From Ginglymostoma cirratum (lineage: Eukaryota), in NCBI GenBank assembly GCA_024137785.1, contig JAHRHZ010000067.1, forward strand, positions 5,729,016 to 5,793,015: 64,000 nt of DNA. Direction: 5' to 3'. Shown piece after piece: positions 22,431-34,600 of the stretch; the stretch's first letter is position 1, and each line of letters begins with the position of its first letter. The position numbers and the translations under genes are program-made. The notes below the pieces were generated by a model, which was not told the DNA's origin, did no database searches, and was given only the letters and a program-made list of their open reading frames with translations.

Positions 22431-25400
22431 ACGTGGAGCTGTAGAGAGACAAAATGCTTTTTATTTTTGTGAATAATGGTTATTTGTTCATGGGCTATAG
22501 GTGTCTCCAGGCCAACATTTAGTGTGCATTTCTAATTGCACTCGAGAGTGCTGGTGAACTGTCTTCCTGAACCATTGCAGTCCATGACAGATAGGTACAC
22601 CCACTGTACTGTTTAGAGGGGAGTTCCAGGATTTGGCCTGGCAACAGTGAAGGAGCAGCAATGTGGTTCCAAGTCCAGTTGGTGTGTGGCTTGGAGGTAA
22701 TGTTCCTTGTTGCTCTTGTCCTTCTATTGGTGGTGGAGGTTGCAGGTTTGAGTGGTGCTGCAGTGCATGGGTGGTCTCAGCAAATTGAAGGGTGTGCAGA
22801 ACTGACAGTCGTTGCAGTACATCTTTGTAGATGGCACATGCTACCAGATGGGCAATGAATATCTTCAAGAAGTGAATGTGTTCTGATCAAGTAAGTTTTT
22901 TTAAAAAAATTCTGGTACTGAGCTTCTTGAGTGTTATTAAACACCAAAAACTAGGGGCAGGAGTCGGCTATTCAGCAGGTTCCAGTATTCAATAAGATCA
23001 TGGATACTCTGGTCATGTTTTGAGTTTCTCATTCCCATCTACCCTGAATCTTTTGAGCTTGTTGTCCAACAAAAATCTATCTAACTCTGTCTTAAAAGTA
23101 TTTAATTACCTTGTCTTCAATGCCCTTGGAGGGAAAAAAAATACATCACCTCTACACTGAAAGGCTGACCCCTAACTTTTATACAGTGGTCCCTAACTCT
23201 GGGCTCACCCACAAAGGAAACATCCTTTGCTTGTAAAGGCTGTTCAGCATCTTATATACTTCAATTCAGTGACGCCTCTCTCTTCTAAACTCCAGTAAAA
23301 CTACCAAGTCTGTCCAACCTTTCCTCGAAGGACAACACACTCATTCCAGGTATCAACCTACTATACTTCCTCTGATCCATCTCCAATGTTTATAGATCCT
23401 TTAACAAGGAAACCAAAACTGCACATAATATTCAGAATGTTGTCTTATTAATGCTGTATTTAACTGAGACAGAATGTCCGAACTTTACTGTTCATTTCCT
23501 CTCAATAAATGATAGTATTCCATTAGTGTTTCTAATTACTTGCTGTACCAGCATACTCATGTTTTGTGACTTAAGCACCAGAACACTTACATTCCTCTCT
23601 ACCTCAATTCTATAGTTGTTCTCTGTTTTGAATCATACTGTTTTTTTTCCAATCTTTCTGCCAAAATGAATAGCTCCACACTTACCCACATTATACTCCT
23701 GCTGGATTTTTGCCCACTCACTCAATCAATCGAAATCTGTCTGCATGTCTTGATCCCTATGCGTTGAAAACATTGAAGTAGATGCTGAAGCATGAGCTCT
23801 TTCACGCAGCATTGTGCTCGCATTGTCAACAAAATCTTGAAGGGGTTTGAGTGACTTGGGCTATGGCGAGATGTGTAGTAGGATCAGTCCAGTGAGGCCC
23901 TTCTCGACCTTGGGAGCAACTTGAGCCATATTTATGCTTTTCAGAAGTGACTTGATAAGATTTGAGCTAGGCAGTGGTGTATTGCCAACTGGCAGTGATT
24001 ATTGCTTATTAAACATTTGACAGTAACCCATTAATCAACTTTCTATCTTAACAAACTTGCCCAACAAGTTCAATATCTGGAAAATTCAACTTGGAAACCA
24101 ACGTGTACCTAGTGGACATAGCTTGCTTTTGTTCCAAACAGCCTCCATGTTGTCTGAGACAAAAGTGCAGTTCAAGACCAGGCCCTCATCTAAAGACGTT
24201 GGCATCTGCCAAACTATCATAGTACTTCTCTGATACAGTGGAATACCTCAGACGAAATACTTTGTTGGGTATACTGACAACTAGCATTGAAAGGCCTCGG
24301 CAGTGATGTTTTGTGTCCAGTACAAATACCTAGCTCATGGATTGAACCAGGCTACATCTCAGGCCTGCTCGCTCACTCAGGACCTACATATAGGCTTACA
24401 GCATCCATGGCTTGCAATACCTCACCATGTTGTGCCTGGAGCTTTAGCCAAAGGCTGTTACTGCCATTTTGAGCTGCTCTTTAGTGCGGACACTCAAAGA
24501 TTGCTTGTTGTTAGAGACTTTTCTGGAAAGGGTGACAGGTTGACAAATGGCACATCCAAACATCAATCTAACTTGGACAGCAAGAGCTAGCTGCCTGCAC
24601 TGCAAACACACTGCATGTAAATTCAATAAATTGGCCATGTTGGCAACTGGTTGGGGGCTAGTCCTCAGTCTGGTCAGGTGGAGAGAGTTCCGGTACTGTC
24701 ATTCAGTGTCACTGTCAGGGGAGCTACCTCAGTACAGTCTGGCGAGGTGTTCAGTGGTCAGTCCGTGAGTGCCTGTACAAGCAGTCAGGAGAACCCCGTA
24801 TTGTCAGTCGGAAATGATCAGGGGTCTGGTCCGTCATGCCCAGAGACCGCTCGTTAAAGTTGGTCACAGCTCTGGGACAAAAATGGTCCTGGGTGTCCAA
24901 CTTTCAGGATGGCTTTACAGGAGGGGACTTGGGTGGCAGTTGTGGGGGTGGGGGGTATCAGAAATATTTGGACATCTCAATAATGTGGAATTGAGCAGCA
25001 AGGTGTTACGAAAGGCCAAAGGTGAGGCTGAAGGGTAACCACAGTTCATCCATTTCCAAGGATCCTGTGCAAGCTGTGCCAATTGCATCCTCATCTATCC
25101 TATCTGTAATGACGGTCTGTCCTGAATGCAGTGTGAGCTGGAGTATTTGATGTGTGTCCACTGTACGTAGGGTGCTAGTGTATTGCAGGCAGACATTTCT
25201 TGAAGACACTGGGTGGCACCTTCAAGTTAGTGCATGCAGAGCCTAGGTGTGGATCAACAGTGCCGATATGCCCCTCATGATCCATGTGGAACATGTGTCG
25301 ATTTATGGTGATGTGTGCCCTCAGCCTCCGCTGCAGGGTATGCCACCCTGAACTGTTCTGAGATCTAAGAAATGGTCCTTCTATTCCTGTTTTATGTTAT

Positions 25401-25679
25401 TTCCAGCAGGGATTGTGGAATGGGAACAGTCTGAGGAGGAAGAAGCAGCTGTATTGCCCAATGTCAGAGCTCAGCTGTGTCTGGTGCTACAAGCCAAACA
25501 AAACATCATTCATACCCACTTCCAATGGAATGACAGGTAGCAGACAATTGTGCACTGCAAATTAATTTTTGGTCATGATGCATTGTTGGGGTAAAATTCG
25601 GCCTCGATTGGTTTTGTTTGTGTTCCTTTTTGCTTTCTGTAAATGAAAGCTCATGTTTGTATTTGTCCACTTACTCTGA

Positions 25680-25985
25680 TAAAAACCGGAAGAACTGCAG
25701 ATGCTGTAAATCAGGAACAAAAANNNNNNNNNNNNNNNNNNNNNNNNNNNNNNNNNNNNNNNNNNNNNNNNNNNNNNNNNNNNNNNNNNNNNNNNNNNNN
25801 NNNNNNNNNNNNNNNNNNNNNNNAAGCTCAGCAGGTCTGGCAGCATCTGTGAAGAAAAGATCAGAGTTAATGTTTTGGGTCCGGTGACTGAGGAAGGGTC
25901 ACTGGATTCAAAACATTAACTCTGATCTTTTCTTCACAGATGCTGCCAGACCTGCTGAGCTTTTCGTGCAACTTTGTTTTTATTG
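25680..25985. mobile_element. Palindromic PLE-derived element containing a 100-N gap
   Basis: Inverted arms AAGCTCAGCAGGTCTGGCAGCATCTGTGAAGAAAAGATCAGAGTTAATGTTTTG and its reverse complement. Confidence 0.75.
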
Positions 25986-27842
25986 CCAAATCTGATGTTC
26001 CTCTACTGGCCGATGACAAGCTATGAGTCTATAGTGGGCATTGGGAATACTTTACGTGTCCATTGCCTACGTACCTCTGTACACCTTCCAAGTATGTGGC
26101 CTGATGGTTAAACAGCAACTTAGGTGAAAGATGGGATTATATGTCCAATGGAATGCTAGCCATGTGCTGTGAGCAGTGTGGCTTTTTTGGGGCAGCTGTA
26201 CCATGATGTTGCTGCTGAGGGGGCCACACTGGATTGCCAACACTTGTCTGGGTGCACAGCGGCCTTTCAAAGGTGGCACAGGTGCAAGTGCTGTCAGTTT
26301 TTTCAGTGGATATCTGCTGAGTGAAATGTTGTTCTGGGAATGGTGCATGGTAAGACAGAGCGGAAATCGGATGTTAGAGATGCCATAGGGGTGTAGTAGG
26401 CAATTTTAGTGCCGTAAATTTGGTAAGATTAAACAAGAAAACTTGCCAAGCCTCGTGGAAAAAAATATAATGCAACTTCAGCCAAAAAAAAAAATCATTT
26501 GTGTCTGCTTGATTCCCAAATTTGCACTCATGGAATTGGGAGATGCCTCCTATTTTTAAAAAGGATTGAAAATTCAGAGGAAAATATGAAGGTATCATTA
26601 GTGTAGTACATTGTAATTGCTTTACAACATAGAGCTTAGCATTGCTAAAAACAGACACAGAGTCAAAGTTTTTGATCCTACACTCGTCAGGATTGGATGC
26701 TACAAACCAGCCCTGTACAGTTGAATATCTAAAAGTTCAGACAAACATCATGGCCTAGCCACATATTTGTGTTTTCATGAAAAGCAATGAGGATGTTACA
26801 ACTAAAGATTGACTATCCCACATCCTCAAAGTAAGGTCACCACAGTGCAACTCTTTCATTTAAAGGTAGGTAGGACTGGTGGTGGTTTAACCTGTGTGTC
26901 ACCAGAGCTCAGGTGAGGGGAAGAGGCTGAGAAGGAGAGTCCTTCATGGTAACCTCAGCTGGTGCAGGAAATGAACCCACGCTGTTGGTGTTTGCAAACC
27001 AGCCGTCCAGCTAATTGATTCCTCAATAATGAAAAAGGCACAGAGCTTTCATACAACAACAATAATGCATGATTTTTGTGACAGTGCACTACAGAGTTTC
27101 ACCATGTTTAATTCTAAGCTTAATTATGGTAAACAAGTGGAACTTGTGACAACTTTTCTGCAAAGCATTTGGCTGCTGCAGTGATGTTACAAAATGTCTG
27201 GAATCTATAAGACTGTAAGAAATAGGAACAGCAGCAGGCCGGTCAGTCCCCTCAAGCCTGTTCTGCCATTCAAAAGGATCATGACTGATCCAACGTTCCT
27301 CATGTCCACCTTCCTGCCCTTTCCCCATAACTCTTGATCCACCTACTGATCAAGAATCTATCTATCTATCTCAGCCTTAACTACACAGAAAGACTCTGTC
27401 CCCACAGTTCTCTGTGGCAAGGAGTTCCAAAGGCTCCCGAGAAATTCCTCCTCAGGCTTAAATTGGCAGCGGGGGCTGGAATGTTAAATGTCTTCAAGGC
27501 AGAGATTGATAATTTCTTGATCTCGCAAGGAATTAAGGGCTATGGGGAGAGTGCGGGTAAGTGAAGTTGAAATGCCCATCAGCCATGATTAAATGGCAGA
27601 GTGGACTCGATGGGCCGAATGGCCTTACTTCCACTCCTATGTCTTATGGTCTTATGAAAGGATTGTTGTATATCAAGGATTATCCTAGTGAACCTTCTCT
27701 GAACTAACTCCAAGGAAATGATATCTTTCCTTAAATAAGAGGGCCAAACTGCTCACAGTATCCCAGATATGGTTTCAATAGCGCCTTGTCCAGTTACTAG
27801 TAAGACTTCCATACTTGTTGAAATAAAAGCCAACATTCCATT

Positions 27843-27944
27843 CAGGTCTGAGGAAGGGTCACTGGACCTGAAACGTTAACTCTGTTTTCTACTTCATAGG
27901 TGCTGCCAGACCTGCTGAGCTTTTCCAGCAACTTTGTTTTTGTT
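27843..27944 (+). mobile_element. Short PLE terminal fragment with hammerhead core (27848-27877)
   Basis: CUGAGGA-A-GGGUC-acug-GACCU-GAAA-C-GUU; perfect 13-bp TSD CCAACATTCCATT at 27830-27842 and 27945-27957. Confidence 0.75.
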
Positions 27945-28519
27945 CCAACATTCCATTAGCCTGCTAGATTACTTGCTGCACCTAGTTTTGTGTTTCGTGC
28001 ACAATCCCGAATACCCTTTATGGTGCAGCTTTCAGTAGCTTGTCTTCATATAAATAATACTCTTTTTGTTTTCCTTTCTAAAATGAACACCTTGGCATTT
28101 TCCCACATTATGCTCCAGAAAATGCTGGAAATATCCAGTGGGTCAAAGGTTACTGGCATTGTCTTCAGTGTGTATCTGACTCAAATGTTTCAGACTCCCC
28201 TTTTCTCCCTTAAAGCTCCCTCCCTTCCATTCCACCCCTACCCTTGACTAAAGCTGTCCAGCAAATATCCACTGTACTTCCCCAGCCTTACCGCAGCTCC
28301 CATTCGTAAAGGGCTGCTGTGTGAGTGTATTTGAAAATCGTGAATGCATACTAAATACTGTTCCCAGTAATTTGTTTTTACAAACGCAAATTAAAGGTGG
28401 AATAGCACATCAGAAACACACAGCGCCCCGCCTCCCGCTGAAACCTCGCAACGCTCCGTTCTTATTGCGAAACTGATGTCCCTTCAAACTGCAATTACCA
28501 GAAACGTCCTGGTTAAATC

Positions 28520-28531
28520 GAAACCGAAACT
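28520..28531 (+). promoter_or_regulatory. ISRE / IRF element GAAACCGAAACT
   Basis: Perfect GAAANNGAAACT just upstream of the tapasin-like ATG; GC box GCCCCGCCTCC at 28425-28435. Confidence 0.75.
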
Positions 28532-28559
28532 GTCGCTGCGCCTGGGCCGACAGTGCACA

Positions 28560-28605
28560 ATGTATCTGGAGATGTTCCTGTTGCATTTTTGGATTCTCGG
28601 AGCCG
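28560..28605 (+). CDS. TAPBPL: Tapasin-like exon 1 (signal peptide MYLEMFLLHFWILGA)
   Basis: ATG in a small CpG-rich patch; hydrophobic leader; donor G|GTAAGA. Confidence 0.85.
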
Positions 28606-31600
28606 GTAAGAAAGTCGAACGCTTCCAGGATGAAAGAGGCAGATCGTGTTTTAAATTTTGACGTTTGTCATTTGACGATTGGAAAGCGGCGTTTCGAATG
28701 AAACTAAGTGCTTGTGGGATCCTTAAAGTGCAAGACCAGATTAAAATGGCAGTGCAGCTGCTTATCTTTCGGTTCCTGGTGATATCTGCAAATGGTCTTG
28801 AATATAATGAACACATCAATACGCGATGAACGTCATTGGCTCACTATGGCAATGACGGGAGAATAAAATGGCTTTTGGGACCCTTCCCCTTCTTTTCCAG
28901 TTGGGAGAAGATTAGAAGCTCATGCATAATAAGGACCGAGGGTTGGGTGAAACATCTTTCTGACTGCCATTGTGATTGTGAAGATTTCCTCTTTGGATCA
29001 ATTTAGCTCAGTATACTTGGACTATTCCCCCTGAACTACAAGGTACTGCCACCACAATGCAGTGCTGAAGGAGCAAGTCCTTCAGGGTGGGAGTATGGTG
29101 ATAGGTGAGTGCAGGTAGGGAGTGGTCAGTGAGGTGGGCGAAGTGGATAGGTGGGAAAGAAGATGGACAGGTTGTGTCAGGACAAGGAGGTCGGGATGAG
29201 AGGGAGGGTTGGTCATGGAATGAGGCTGGGGGGTGGTGGGGAGATTTTGAAACTGGTAAAGTCCACGTTTAGGCCTTTGGGTTGTAGGCTCCCCAGGCGG
29301 AATATGAGGTGCTGCTCCTCCACTTTCTGGGTGGTGCCATTGTGACACAGGAGAAGGCCCAGGATGGACATGTCACCCAGGGAATGGGAGGGAGAGTTGA
29401 CCGGAAGGTGTTGTTGTTTGTTGCGAACAGAGCGCAGGTGCTGTACAAAGCGGTCTCTGAGCCTCCACTTGGCCTCACCGATGTAGAGGAGGCCACATCA
29501 GAAGCAGCGGATGCAATAAACCACATTGATGGATGTGCAGGTGAACCTCAGTCTGATGTGAAAGGTTTGTTTGGTGCCTTGAATGAAGGTAAAGGGGGAG
29601 GAGTAGGGGCAGGTGTAGCACTTCCTGCGGTTGCAGGGAAAGGTGCCGGGGGTGGTGGTGCTAGTGGGGGAGTTATGGAGAGAGCAGTCCCTACGAAAGG
29701 CAGATGGGGGTGGGGACGGAAATATATCTTTGGTTGTGGGGTTGGATTGTAGGTGGTGGAAGTGGCGGAGAATGATACATTGGATATGGAGGTTAGTGGG
29801 GTGATATGTGAGGACAAGGGGGATTCTGTCTTTGTTTTTGTTGGGGGGAGGGAATGAGAGGACAGAGGTGCGGGAAACATAACAGATGTGGTCGAGAGCA
29901 TTTTTGACCACTGAAGAGGAGAAGTTGAGGTCTTTGAAATAAGATGACATCTGAGATGTTTGGGAGTGGAACGCCCCACCTTGGGAGCAGATGCGGCAAA
30001 TGCGGAGGAATTGGGAATAGGGGATTGCATTCTTGCAGGAAGGTGGGTGAGAGGAGGTGCAGTCTAGGTAGCTGTGGGAGTCGGTGGGCTTGAAATAGAC
30101 GACGGTTTTGAGGCAGTCACCAGAGATGGAGACAGAGAGGTCCAGGAAGGAGAGGGAGGTATCAGAGATGGTCCAGGTGAACTTGAGGTTGGGGTGAAAG
30201 GTGTTAGTAAAGTTGATGAACTGTTCAAGCTCCTCATGGGAGCACGAGGCAGCGCTGATACAGTCATCGATGTATTGGAGGAAGAGGTGGGGGATGGGGC
30301 CAGTGTAGATGCGGAAGAGGGACTGTTCCACGTATCCTACAAAGAAGCAGGCATAGCTTGGGCCCATGCCGGTACCCATGACCACCCGCTTTGTCTGTAG
30401 GAAGTGGGAGTTCCCTATCTTCCCCAGCCACACCCCTCCTCTCTCTATTTATTTCTGAGCTCCCTTCCCCCTCCTGCTTTTCTGAAGAAGGGTCCTAACC
30501 CGAAACGTCAACTTTCCTCTCTTGCTGCCTGGCCTGCTGTGTTCCTCAGTGTGTGTTATCGCTGAAGGAGTAAGGTTTGGTAGCCATAGTCTTACCAGAC
30601 CATAGGGCTGCTGTCTACTGGAGAGAGAGAGAGAGAGATGGAGAAAGAGAGAGATAACTGGTGGTGGTTTAACCTCAGCTGAGTGGTAGTGGTAGTCCTT
30701 CATAGTAATCTAAGCTGTTGCAGGAATTGAACCCACGCTAGTGGTATCTCTCTGCAGCACAACTGGCCATAAAACCAACTGAGCTCAATGCTGTTGTAAT
30801 GCTTTTCATGACTGATGGAATTGTAAACTCCTTATGACAGACAGCTAGATGTTAAAATGTCGCTACCTCTAGGCAATTAGAGATGGGCAATAAATGCTGG
30901 TCTAACCAATGACGTCTACATCCCATGAACAAAATAAAGTAAAGAAGGGGGTTGGCTAGTCAGTTGGTTGAGTGCAGAGTGACACCAACGATGTGGGTTC
31001 AGTTCCTACGTCAGCTGAGGTCAATGTGAGAGTCCTGCCTTCTCAGCCTTAGCCCCTCACCTGAGGTGTGGTGACCCTCAGGTTAAACTACCCATCAAAC
31101 ATGTCACTGTCTAATGGACAAGCAGCCCTATGATCATCTGGAACCATGGTGACTTCACCTTGTCTTCATTTTAAAGAAGAACAGAGAGTTCTTTGTTATC
31201 TGTGGAAGTGTCCTGGCCACTGAGGGAGTGCAACTGATTCCAGGGATGGCACGATTGACAGTGGGGGGAGATTGGACTGGTTAGGACTATGCTCACTGGA
31301 GTTTAGAAGAATGAAGGGGAGATCTGCTAGAAACCTATAAAATTTCAACAGGACTAGACAGGGTAAATGCAGTAAGGATGTTCCTTATGACCAGGGAGTC
31401 AATAGCCGGAGATCTCAGTACAAGGATACAGGGTAGATCATTTAGGATCAAGATGACGAGAAATTCCTTCACCCTGGGAGTGGTGAGCCTGTGGAATTGT
31501 CTGCCTCAGAAAGCAGTTGAGGACAAAAATATTTGATCTTTTCAAGAAGGAGGTAGACATAGTTCTTGGGGACATAAAAGAGTACGTGGAGAACAGTGTA

Positions 31601-34600
31601 CTGAGATAACAAGGTGTAGAGCTGGATGAACACAGCAGGCCAAGCAACATCAGAGGAGCAGGAAAGCTGACGTTTCGGGTCTAGACCCTTCTTCAGAAAT
31701 GGGGGAGGGGAAGGGGTGTCTGAAATAAATAGGGAGAAAGGGGGAGTTGGATAGAAGATGGATAAAGGAGAACAGTGTACCGAGTTGGATCAGAAACAGA
31801 AGTTGGTGGAAAAGCTCAGCAGGTCTGGCAGCATCTGTGAAGAGGAAGAGCCACCGGACCCAAAACGTTAACTCTGATCTTTTTTCTTCACAGATGCTGC
31901 AGATCTGCTGAGCTTTTCCAGCAACTTCTGTTTTTGTTCCTGATTTACAGCATGTGCAGTTCTTTCGGTTTTTATGTACTAAGCTGGATGATCAGCTATG
32001 ATCATACTGAATGGCAATGCAGGCTCCCAGGGCTCAATGGCCAAATCCTGCTCCTATTTTCTATGTTTCTATGTGTCTTATCCCTCAGCAAACACATCAG
32101 CCAATATCACCCATTCATGTAATTCATTTCTGTGAAGTGTATGTGGCCTGTGTTTGGCTCTGTGTTCAATCAACTTACATTTATATGATGGCTAACTTAT
32201 GACCAACTTACTCAGAGAAAGGTAGATCAAAGGCACTCCTTCAGTTGTTTACGGAAATCTAAGGGTTTTATTTAGGAGCTTTCTGTGAGCTTGTGGACTG
32301 ATTGAGTGGACAGAGTGAAGTGCAGTCTGGTTGAAAGCCTTTGAAACATACAACTGGATCCATATCATGGAGACCTATTCATACTTAACTTCATATTAGG
32401 GCTGAGGCTAGTTTAACTGCAGTCAGTTCAATAACATAACATCATTGTGCATGTATACTTGCATTTAAGACTACTTTAATTTCAGGAGTCACAATCTAAT
32501 CCATGTAAAATGAATTAGCTTCAGAATATAACCCACTAATTGAAAACTTTAGGAGCAGAACAAAATCTTAGCTAATATTCTCAAGTGCTCCAATCTTTTT
32601 GTAAGACGGAAAATTGACCTTGTTAAAAATGGACTAAAATGTTCAATTTTTAATCTACTACATGTTTTTGAACTTTAAACTCATGGGCCACTGTGACATC
32701 ATATGATGGGAATCAATGTTAAAAGATTTGTTTTTTCATTGAGGTGCCTGGGTAATTTGTGGAGTGTTGGTATGCATTTGGTATTAAAAGTTTTGTATTT
32801 AGATGCTTTTATGTATTTTTAAGGAATTGTGCAGGCGCAGAATGGACGCAGGATTCCAGGCAGAAAGTTGGACTGCGCGTTTGTAGAACAAAAGCAAAAT
32901 GAACAGGCTGAAGTGTTTGGGCCAATCATCATCAAAAGGAAGGCAATCCTACTGTTTGGTGATATTGTTACAAATGAAGAGGCCATTATTTTTAAAGTTC
33001 AAGGTAAAGATGAAACATATCTTCAAATTAATTCTCTCAGGCAAGCCCCCTCTGCTGTACATAGAGTAAAACAACATAAAAGTGCTTTAATGCTCCCAAA
33101 GTTACTTGTAATAAAGTCCTGCATTGTTTATTTTGTTAGAGTAGCAGATCTCCCATGGCATTGCTCATAATAATTCAGACAATCCACTGATATCTAAGAA
33201 GTAATAAATGCTGTAAAACACAAGAGAGGTAATTTGTAACACCCATCAATCCATTGGAAAATGAATAAATTAAGCACGATTCTGGTTTTATATCCAGCCT
33301 GATTATTTTTTATTGAAGTCACTGGTGAGTAATATTGTCCAGAGATTTAAACAGATGTTCCATATGATCCCTTGGTTTCCTAGGCAGCAAGTTCAGTCAA
33401 AAACATCCTCAAAACGAATTATTCTCCAGATAAACGTAAGTATGCATCTCTTTAATTGTACAACACTAATTGAATCCAGGGTTTGAAGCTGAGCAAGGAA
33501 ACTCGTAGGCTGATTCATGGCCAGCTCAAGGCAACACTTTAAAAGGACCAGAACCGCATCAGCCCTGGTCTTTATTAAATGGTTGAACAGGCTTGGAGGA
33601 TCAGATGGCCACCTTCTGTTCCTAAATTTTATGTTTCCGTGTCCTGCAGCACAGTTTCAGTAAATGACTTCAACCTAGACTTCCTAGATCAAAGGCAGGG
33701 ACAGTACCACTAATGATCAAGTTTGTAGTTCATTTTCAATTAAACCGATTTTTCTAATCAACTGTTCAGAGTTGTTTTTACACATCTCTGGAGCAGGTAG
33801 GATTTGAATCCAGGGACACAACCACTGCACCACAAGAGGGTCCCCTTATGTGCATTCAAGTGAAGCCTCAATGAATGCCATTCACCTGCATATAATTAAA
33901 CATAATTGACAAAAAATTAATCTGGGTATTAGTGGATACTATTTACCTGGCCTTTTGATCGTAATCCAATAGAATATATAATTGATGCAATCATTTAAGT
34001 CTCATATCAACCATAGGTTATGTGACTTGCCATGTCACAGTACACAGCGTGAAAGAATGAACAATCTTGCACACCCCATTTCAATTTGGTGCAAATGGAG
34101 CTTAACATAGTGAAGCAATTCATTTACTGAGACTTACCAATAAGGTGATATTATAGGGGTATATCTGGGCAGATTGCTGTGCTTAAGTTGGCTTCTGCAT
34201 TTCTTACATTACTACAGGGATTACTTGTCAAATGTAAGTCCTTGGCTGAAAAACTCTTGGAGATGTCTTGAGCTTGTAAAAGGTGCTAAACAAATGCATT
34301 TCTTTCTGTTTCATGAAGGACAAGGTGTTAACAAGAATCCATTGCTGGAAGAAAACAATTCTGCGCAACTTATGAAATTAAAACATGACAGGGCTAGCTT
34401 ACTCATTTAAGAGTGACTTGTTTCAATCAAAAGTTAGGCTGCATTTTCAATGTTTTGTTTGAAAACATCTTTTGGGACAGACAAGTCTACAGGTTCTTCA
34501 GCTCCCTGAAGTCAGCCTATTAAATATATATATTCAAGATGTAAATGCAATTTTTCAGAAAAATTTATAGGATCTTACAATGTGGGAGGAACAGCAAACT

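Noticed and set aside
23750-26390. Cluster of short ORFs as a gene
   Set aside because: No coherent frame or splice chain; looks like highly decayed RTE/Tx1-type LINE remnants, too degraded to call.
29309-30400. Plus-strand Gly-rich ORFs
   Set aside because: Antisense shadows of the Penelope ORF.
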